From: Tubiluchus corallicola
Lineage: Eukaryota > Animalia > Priapulida
Reading direction: 5' to 3'
Length of the DNA: 64,000 nt
Assembly (NCBI GenBank): GCA_030141605.1
Contig: JAQGDQ010000207.1
Location: forward strand, 232,526 to 296,525
The notes beneath the pieces were generated by a model. It made no database searches and was not told where the DNA came from. It saw nothing but the letters and a program-made list of their open reading frames with translations. Position numbers and translations under genes: made by a program. Shown here piece by piece: positions 56,701 through 64,000 of this stretch. The stretch's first letter is position 1. Every line of letters starts with the position of its first letter.

Positions 56701-59700
56701 CCAATTCTTTGCGAGATCTTGTCAGATGATGAAGTTCAAGTTAACTCTGAGCTGGAGGTATTCCAGGCGGCGCTGCGGTGGTTAAATCACGACCCGGAGG
56801 TACGCATGCGTAATGCGGTGGAAGTGTTGAAGTGCATCAGACTACACACCATGTCTAGAGAGGAACTGTTTCAAAGTTTGCGAGAAGCTCCTTTCTTGAT
56901 GCAAAACCCGCATGCGCGCGATATCATCCTGAATGCTAACTGGTATGATTATTTTCTCATAATATAATAATTATAATGAAACTCTTTATTGCATATGTCA
57001 TATAACAGCCGAACGGTACAGATTATAAACACACATTCACAATATGTAGTAATTATAACATGTAACTGTTGTTATCAATTGTGTTAATGAACCTGATAAA
57101 AAACCAATGTAAGTGGCCAACGGATGACTATTCGGGTTAAAACGTGTTCATGTAGTAATGTGTTAATGTTAATGTCGGTTTATATGATATAATACATAAA
57201 TATCGGTCATTGAAACCTATTGTTGATGTGTGGTGGATGTTCGTGAAGTTTTTTTAGTGATATGAGCACATTTTTTTATTTTAGAGCACAAAGGCTGCCT
57301 AGTTATAATTATATAGTTTATATGAGCCCTAATTTATGTAGGCTATTTTTAGAGTTAATATATTCTCTTTTAGCTGCTTTTTAATCTGTTTTAGGGTTTT
57401 AGCAGATTTTACTTGAAGCGGGCTTCGCAAACTGAATTGTGACCATATTTATTGTTAGTTTTTGTTTGTTTAATATCACGTGTTCTTGTCTTTAGTTGTC
57501 ATAATAAAATTTAGTGGATTTCTTGATTATCTTTACCCAACACCTAACTTGACTCTGTGCCATAACGTTTAATCAATGGTCTAGCCCTGTTTATGTTTTT
57601 CTATATGACAATTTATATATACTTCATGCTAGTATATATAAAATTGGAACATTAAGCGATTCCATTTGTCTCTATTTGCTTTTTTGTATTCTGTCATTTA
57701 ATTTTTTTAATTACAGTATTAAATTTTGTGCTAAAGGGCATCCTTAATTCTCTTTACGCTGCCTCTACCAGCCGTCTCAAAATCGTCCACCAACTGGTCT
57801 ACTTAAGTCCTAGACGCCCCTTCTTGTTCTGGCCCGCAAAAAGAGAGGCTGTTTATATCAAATAAAACTTAATTATTTTGAACTTAGTCCGCCAAGAGAA
57901 CTGGAGAATCCTAATGTTCTGAACCAGAACAAATTACTTGGTCCTTAAAAAGATTTAGAACAACCTTCGCTTGGAAAAAGGCAAGGTGCCGTGTTAGTTG
58001 CCAATGCCAAAGAGTAATCATTAAACAGCTGATTCTTCTGGTGTTTTTAGCTTTTATCACTCTTCGCAGTAGAATTCTTTATTTTTGTTATTCTGACTTT
58101 TTACACTTTCAATCACAGACAGAACTGGATAAGTCAGTAAGTTTTTTCTTGAGGGCCTACAATTTTAGGCTGGAATTTGAGAAAAATGCTATTGTGGCAT
58201 ATACATGTGCAGAATAATACCAGTGTAGTTTTGTTGTATGTTAAAATTGCTCTCAATGACATTCACTCATTGATATAACCTAATCATATCATTGCAGGTA
58301 TAAAACCTGCTTGGAGGAAGAGCAGTTATCTAAGGCATCATTTTTGCAAAATTTTCCGGGGACCAGGTGCAATTTGAGTCCAAGAGTAAGTAGAATTCAT
58401 TTTTCTGGTCACGGGTTAACATGGATCTTACAATATATTGTGCTGAAGGCGACATTGCCGATAACGGTAGTTTCAATGTCGAAATGTGCATGCTTCCATT
58501 GTGACAAAAATAACTCCAAAATCTTAAACCAAAGTAAAGAAAATTCTAACAAAGACCAGCCAGGAATGTGTCTTACATCCTCCATGCCAGTGGAACTGGT
58601 GCTGATATGCTAAAATGACCTACAGGCTCACGGATATTCTGCTTGCTAGACTAGTTATAGGTAGGTGCTAGTATGCCCAGGTTCTGAAAGGCCCACGCCC
58701 AGGAGTCATTGCAATATAGAAGAAACGTACCTAATAAATCGCCCTTCATTACAATATTTACAAAAGTAATGATGATGCAAATGGCACTCATTCAATCACT
58801 TAATAAAGCAACGAGATTCTTTGTTACAAAAGAAAAAGTATAACTTCACCAACGCGGCTCTTCATGGCTTCATCTAACTTGATTTCATTAATTGTTACGA
58901 TAATTGATAGCCATTAATGGTTGAGGGTCAAAATGGGGTTATCAAAAATGTAATCACTAGTCACGTGAGCTTGTTATTATTAAAGCATGTGAATATTCTA
59001 GCCTTTTACACAAGTACACAGAATGATAATGATGATGATGGTAAATCTTTTATTATGCTTCTATTTGCAGTACATCAGCATATGATATCCATGAAATCCA
59101 TGTAAAGATATTAGTGACACACATACGTACATACTGTACATAATTACGTAATAATAAAAGCAACTGTATAAAATTATATACAAATAAACAAGTGCATGCA
59201 TATAAACAAATACGTTAGAATGTACAAAATATACAAAATGCTTAGGTATTGTAAAGTTTTGGCAAGTTGTTGTAATGATCAGATTCGATCATTATATAAT
59301 AAGTTACATAATAACTTAATACATAATAACATTACATAATAAAGTTATTACGTCACCATTACCCACAATGCCTGTTGTTCATTAGATCTCTGTACCTGTA
59401 GTACATAGGTAAACTATAAACTAATGATAAATTTTAAATATATGTAAACATCCTGGAAGTCTAAAGAGTCGTTCTGTAAATATACTTACTAGCGATTAGT
59501 TAACGTTTTCACAATGTACTTCACTAAGTCCAAAAATGCAGTAATTATACTTTTGGTTTGGTTTAAGCCTTTGATTGATCACTGATTGATCACAACTACT
59601 GATTGATCACCAAGCTCCAACATAAAATGTCTCCTCTTCCTTTGGTTGACAAATGCATTACGGACAATAAAATAGCAAATGATCTGGTGTCTGAGGGGAC

Positions 59701-62700
59701 AATCCATAGTCGCACAGTGCGGGCACAGAAATTGATTAAAGTTTCCTTGCTTAGGAAGAAAGCAAATTGCCCCAGTCTTCAATAGCCTGCCAGAATTTCT
59801 TACAGGCAGAATTAAAGTTGTACCAGCTACCAGGGTATCGTTTCCCATTTCAATGCCTTGCAATTTTGAGAACGATTTTTTCAGTCTATTGCTCCACAGC
59901 TTTTGAACAAAGTCTTTCATCATAAATTTCGTATTAGTCAAAGCCAGGACACAAAAACTCACTTTTTGAGAGAAGTTGTTTGTGCTCGCTTCTCGAGTAA
60001 TGATAATGACATTAAATTTTCATTATCTGCTTAAAATACTGGAATATGTGTCGCTTGATGCATTCCAGTTGACGGCATTTAAAGGTGAAATAGATGCCAC
60101 AATAATAGTGCCATATTCTGAGGCCACATTTCAAAAGCCCCGCAGACCTGGAGTTTTTAGAAAACCGACTGTTCGGCGCTTAAAGTCCCTGAAAGCAGAG
60201 CCTGGCGTTGTTGTTAAAAAGCAACGTGATTACATCATTCCAGCATTCGAGGATGCGCCATTTGCTGAGTCAGAAGAAACATCCGCACAACTAAAATGTA
60301 AGTCTGATGCACTGAGCATAACATTTCCTGTAATTATACATGTTGCTCTATTTATTAATAGCATTATTTTTGATACAGTGGCTGATACTGGTAACGTTTA
60401 ACAAGCCTTTTCACTGTTCCAGCGATTGATGATGATTGTGAAATGGTCGAAGGTTTAGTGAACCTAACAACGTTATTTGAACCAAACATTGCATTTGTTT
60501 ACACTTGATAATGTATTGTAACAGTTCTTGTCGTTAATTTTTGCTTCTCTAATTTCATTTTACGTGAATTGCTAGCTGTTTTCGAATAAGAATAACTTCT
60601 TACTTTAAAACTATACACGTGTAGTATATAATAAAAATAACCACGTGTTTCACCGTTTCACCTACATGTAGTTATATACACAAGGTCAGAAGTAAGTAGG
60701 GTTCACTTAACCTTTGACCTACAGCAACTGCGCTTGTGCACAGCGAAACTGTGGAAAGGCTTATTCTTTCACCATTTAATATAAGATCATTTCTGCATTC
60801 TAGATTTGTAACGTTATTGTGGAAAAACTGGTAAATAAATTTCTTACCAAGTTACTTAAAATAGTTTGAATACGGAATTTGAGCTTTAACGTTAGGAATC
60901 ATTGTCTTAGGTAGGGGATATGTATATATATGTATATATATAGTATGTATAATTATGTATATTTGATTTATGTGGTGGTTCTCTTGGATTACGTATTTGC
61001 TTGCTTGCTTGCTTACTTGCTTTCCCACTTGCTTACTTACTTACTTGTTTACGTGCTTGTTTGCTTGCTTGCTTGCTTCCTTATTTATTTATTTTATTGC
61101 TTAATTATTACTTACTTACTCATTCACTCACTCACTCACTCACTCAGTCATTCACTCTCTCACTCACTCATTCACTCACTTGCTCACACACTCACTCATA
61201 CACTTACACACTTACTTACAGATCTAGAAATGACTGCAGAAGAAGAGCAAGTAAAATCTGATGAGACAAAAGAACCCACAGAAGATGACCTGGAAACACT
61301 CAATATTCAAACAAGCAGACAAAAAAGCGGCTCACGGGCTAAAAAAGTGAGCGATTATAGCAAACAACAGCTAAAAAATGTTTTCAGCAATGTTTCCAGA
61401 CGATTGTCTGGCGATGAAAAGAAAAAATCGATGCGTGGAGAAAAGAAGTCAGTTACTGACAAGCGAAAGTCTACGTCGGCTAAAACAACCAAAGATACCA
61501 GCAAACATACGAATATAAGACAAATCTCCAGCACTGAGAGGCAACAATCCAGTACCAGGAAGCATAAATCTCGCATTGGAAACGAGAAACTTAAAACTGA
61601 ATGGCAAAGATCTAGCATTGGTTCGCTGGAAACTATTGTAGAAAAGTCAAAATTAGAAGAACCAGCAGAAAAGATAGACGATCATGATAAAGAATTTGCA
61701 GTTCATGGTGAAACAACGAAAGAGCAAGTTAGAACAGGTATAAAAGATATCGACGATGAAAAGCAAAAGTCTAACATTGAAAAGCACAAATCTGGTACTC
61801 AGAAGCAAAAATCGGGTACTGAAAAGCACAAATCTGGCACTCAGAAGCAAAAATCGGGTACTGAAAAGCACAAATCTGGCACTCAGAAGCAAAAATCGGG
61901 TACTGAAAAGCACAAATCTGAAACTGAAAAACAAAAATCAGGAGCTGAAAAGCAAAAGTCTGGCACAAAGACATCTGGGTTTTTAGCATCTAAATCCAAC
62001 GTACTGAAACGCAAGTCAAAAGAAACTACAAGTGCGCAGAAAGAAAAGGACGGTCCCGAGAAAACAATAAAAAGTGCACTAAAGGACCCTCAAAACCCGT
62101 CTAAGTCTAAAATCGTACAGCTTGTGGATACTCACAGAGGCATAGCAGTGGGTTTGTTGGGCGGTTCTGATCCAAAAGACACAGACAGCAAGTAAGTCCT
62201 GTCATTTTAATCCTTCATTTCGGCCTAGGATTTACAGCGGTAAGGTGAAGTAGTCAACACAATGTTCAGGAGTATAAATAATATCAATTTCAATCAATTT
62301 AGCTCACAACATTACATAACATATAATTCAAGCATAGTTTAAAACCATTCACACTCGTAACACGTGTAATTATCATTAGACTTGTTACTTGCAAAAGAAC
62401 TCAAAACGTCTAACGAAAACTTTTGATTCATCCTATTATAGCAAATATAGACTTGACAAGTTGGCGGAAAAATACAACATGATGTGGTGAGTTTATCACC
62501 AAGAGTCACCCTAAATACAATATACAGTCCGTTATAATGTTCAAACTAGTGATAGGATGAACCAACTCTAACAATGGCAGAAATAAAAGTGCCAACTAGT
62601 ACAAAAATACAACGTGCGCTGCTGTGGTGCTATGAAACCTATATCCATGGTGACTATCTCTTAGCAATAGTAAAGTAATAAATAAAAAGTATAAAAGGTT

Positions 62701-63571
62701 GTAATTAGTAATAAATAAAAAGAATAACGTGTTGGACAAGTGACTTATATTATCAAAAGAGAGCCATGGTGTAGTGAGCTTTATTCTGTGACCTTGATCG
62801 AGTGTTTTACAGTCACCAAACTCAAACATCCTTTAAGGAGCTGGGATACCTTAATATATCCTGACAATTGTGCGTTTAGTAATTAATATTAATACTAACC
62901 CTGTTAATATTTAATAAGCCCTTTCTCGGTTTCACCGATTGATGGTGATCGTGAAAAGGTTAATGAATCTAACAATGTTATCTGAACCAAGCAACGCATT
63001 TGTTTACACTTGACAACGCCTCTCAGGCCATGCTGTTGAAAACATTAACAGTTCTTGGCATTAATTTTCACTTCATTTATTTCATTTTACATGAATTGCT
63101 ACTGTTACTACTAGCTGTTAGCCACATGTTTCACCGGTTTCATCTACATGTAGTTACATGCACAAGGTAACTTTACATATTTACAGAAACAGACGCTTTT
63201 ATAAGGTCACTAATGACATTGCGCACATTGTTTACAGCTATAACGGACTCAAGATCATTAAATATTTTATATAAAGAGTATATTTCTTAAAACCGTTTCT
63301 TGTAGTAAAGTTTGACCAAGGAATTATCTTGGAAAAATCCTAAGTGCTAATTGAGAATTATTACAATTATTGGACACATTGGGGACATATCAGATGTGTT
63401 GAGGTGCGTAACTCATTAAAATGATAACGAAATTTTGAATTTCTAGAAATGCAGGTAAATTGTTTACGTCATACGATATAGAAGAAAATAAATGGTACCG
63501 CGGACCAGACATTCCCGAGGGAGTTGATCGTCACGCAGTAGCTTTCCATGATTCAACAATTTACGTTATAG
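53737..63571 (+). CDS. Gene 5 (3'-truncated by window): BTB-BACK-long insert-Kelch protein
   Basis: Exons 53737-53856, 54769-54988, 56210-56942 (BTB+BACK), 58298-58385, 60069-60297, 61222-62191 (ends VGLLGGSDP), 63447-63571 (125-nt Kelch exon). End phases 0,1,2,0,1,2,1 are all compatible. Confidence 0.85.
56210..56942 (+). CDS. Gene 5 BTB/POZ + BACK exon
   Basis: DSLIIVDSVLFQVHKSVLYRNSRYFDELF; SELEVFQAALRWLNHD; ends at the same (W) phase-2 intron as gene 2. Confidence 0.93.
59570..59960 (-). mobile_element. Degenerate non-LTR retrotransposon fragment (C-terminal zinc-knuckle region)
   Basis: Minus strand PALCDYGLSPQTPDHLLFYCP* resembles the C-x-C-G..QT..H....CP motif of LINE ORF2; contains stops and frameshifts. 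Confidence 0.5.
60403..60762 (+). mobile_element. MITE family A copy 4
   Basis: aagccttttcactgttccagcgattga...aactgtggaaaggctt|att. Confidence 0.8.
60995..61220. repeat. Compound tetranucleotide repeat (CTTG/CTTA/CTCA)
   Basis: Direct reading; runs up to the acceptor at 61221. Confidence 0.9.
61222..62191 (+). CDS. Gene 5 Lys/Ser/Glu-rich insert exon ending in the first Kelch strand
   Basis: ttacag|AT CTA GAA..AGC AA|gtaagt. Confidence 0.85.
61758..61967 (+). repeat. Coding 21-bp repeat x10 with 42-bp higher-order period (EKHKSGT/QKQKSGT)
   Basis: Seen in DNA and translation. Confidence 0.9.
62916..63167 (+). mobile_element. MITE family A copy 5 (right end missing)
   Basis: aat|aagccctttctcggtttcaccgattgatgg; internal match to 7524-7870 and 60403-60762. 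Confidence 0.7.
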
Positions 63572-64000
63572 GTGATGTGTTTACCCTTCCTTTCACAGTG
63601 TCTGTGGCTATAGTGCAAAGTTTCAGATTAACTTTGCTAAGTGCCTGTGTTTTTAATGCGAAACTATTAGACAGAGATCTAGAAACTTTTAGACACTACG
63701 TGGAAAATCCGTGCGCCATTGATCATTAGTGACTGCGTAGCATTACCAGTTGATAGCCCAGCGGTAAGCCTCTAGAAATGGCTGATGTCCTGTGTCTTCG
63801 ACCCCTTGACTGAAGTCATCGTTCACCAAACTATTGTCTGAGTCTCTACCAGGCAAGTTTCAAGACACTCGTGTTTCCAAATTAACTGAATTACATGTGG
63901 ATGCCCTCGATCATCGCGGATCTAAGAAAACTCATGCAACGATATCTCGTTATTGTTGATGTTAGGTATTGAGTTTTCTTAGGCATCCACTTTTAATTCA

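Noticed and set aside
60930-61221. Hydrophobic N-terminus of the 421-aa ORF resembling transmembrane segments
   Set aside because: Encoded by tetranucleotide microsatellite upstream of the acceptor at 61221; intronic

Overview
AT-rich, intron-containing animal (invertebrate-like) genomic DNA. It holds a + strand tandem cluster of related Kelch-repeat genes whose blade pattern resembles scruin, the actin-bundling protein of Limulus sperm (similarity judged from memory, needs a database search). Hand-built GT-AG models with consistent intron phases give five genes. Gene 1 (52-13748) is the 3' part of a protein with at least three tandem six-blade Kelch propellers. Gene 2 (15977-35525) is a complete ~1305-aa BTB-BACK-long insert-Kelch gene. 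Gene 3 (~39021-44359) is a Kelch-only duplicate of gene 2 preceded by a frameshifted relic of the insert. Gene 4 (47665-50091) is a Kelch-less ORF that keeps an unrecognised ~130-aa domain of the insert and ends in 26 copies of SRPASAKPEPKEKS(D/G). Gene 5 (53737 to beyond 63571) is a second BTB-BACK-insert-Kelch gene. A two-exon antisense fragment at 35893-36638 resembles a matrixin C-terminus followed by an Arg/Tyr-rich tail. Introns contain MITEs, two inverted Kolobok-like TTAA elements, LINE remnants, foldbacks and many microsatellites. All splice models are predictions from sequence only.
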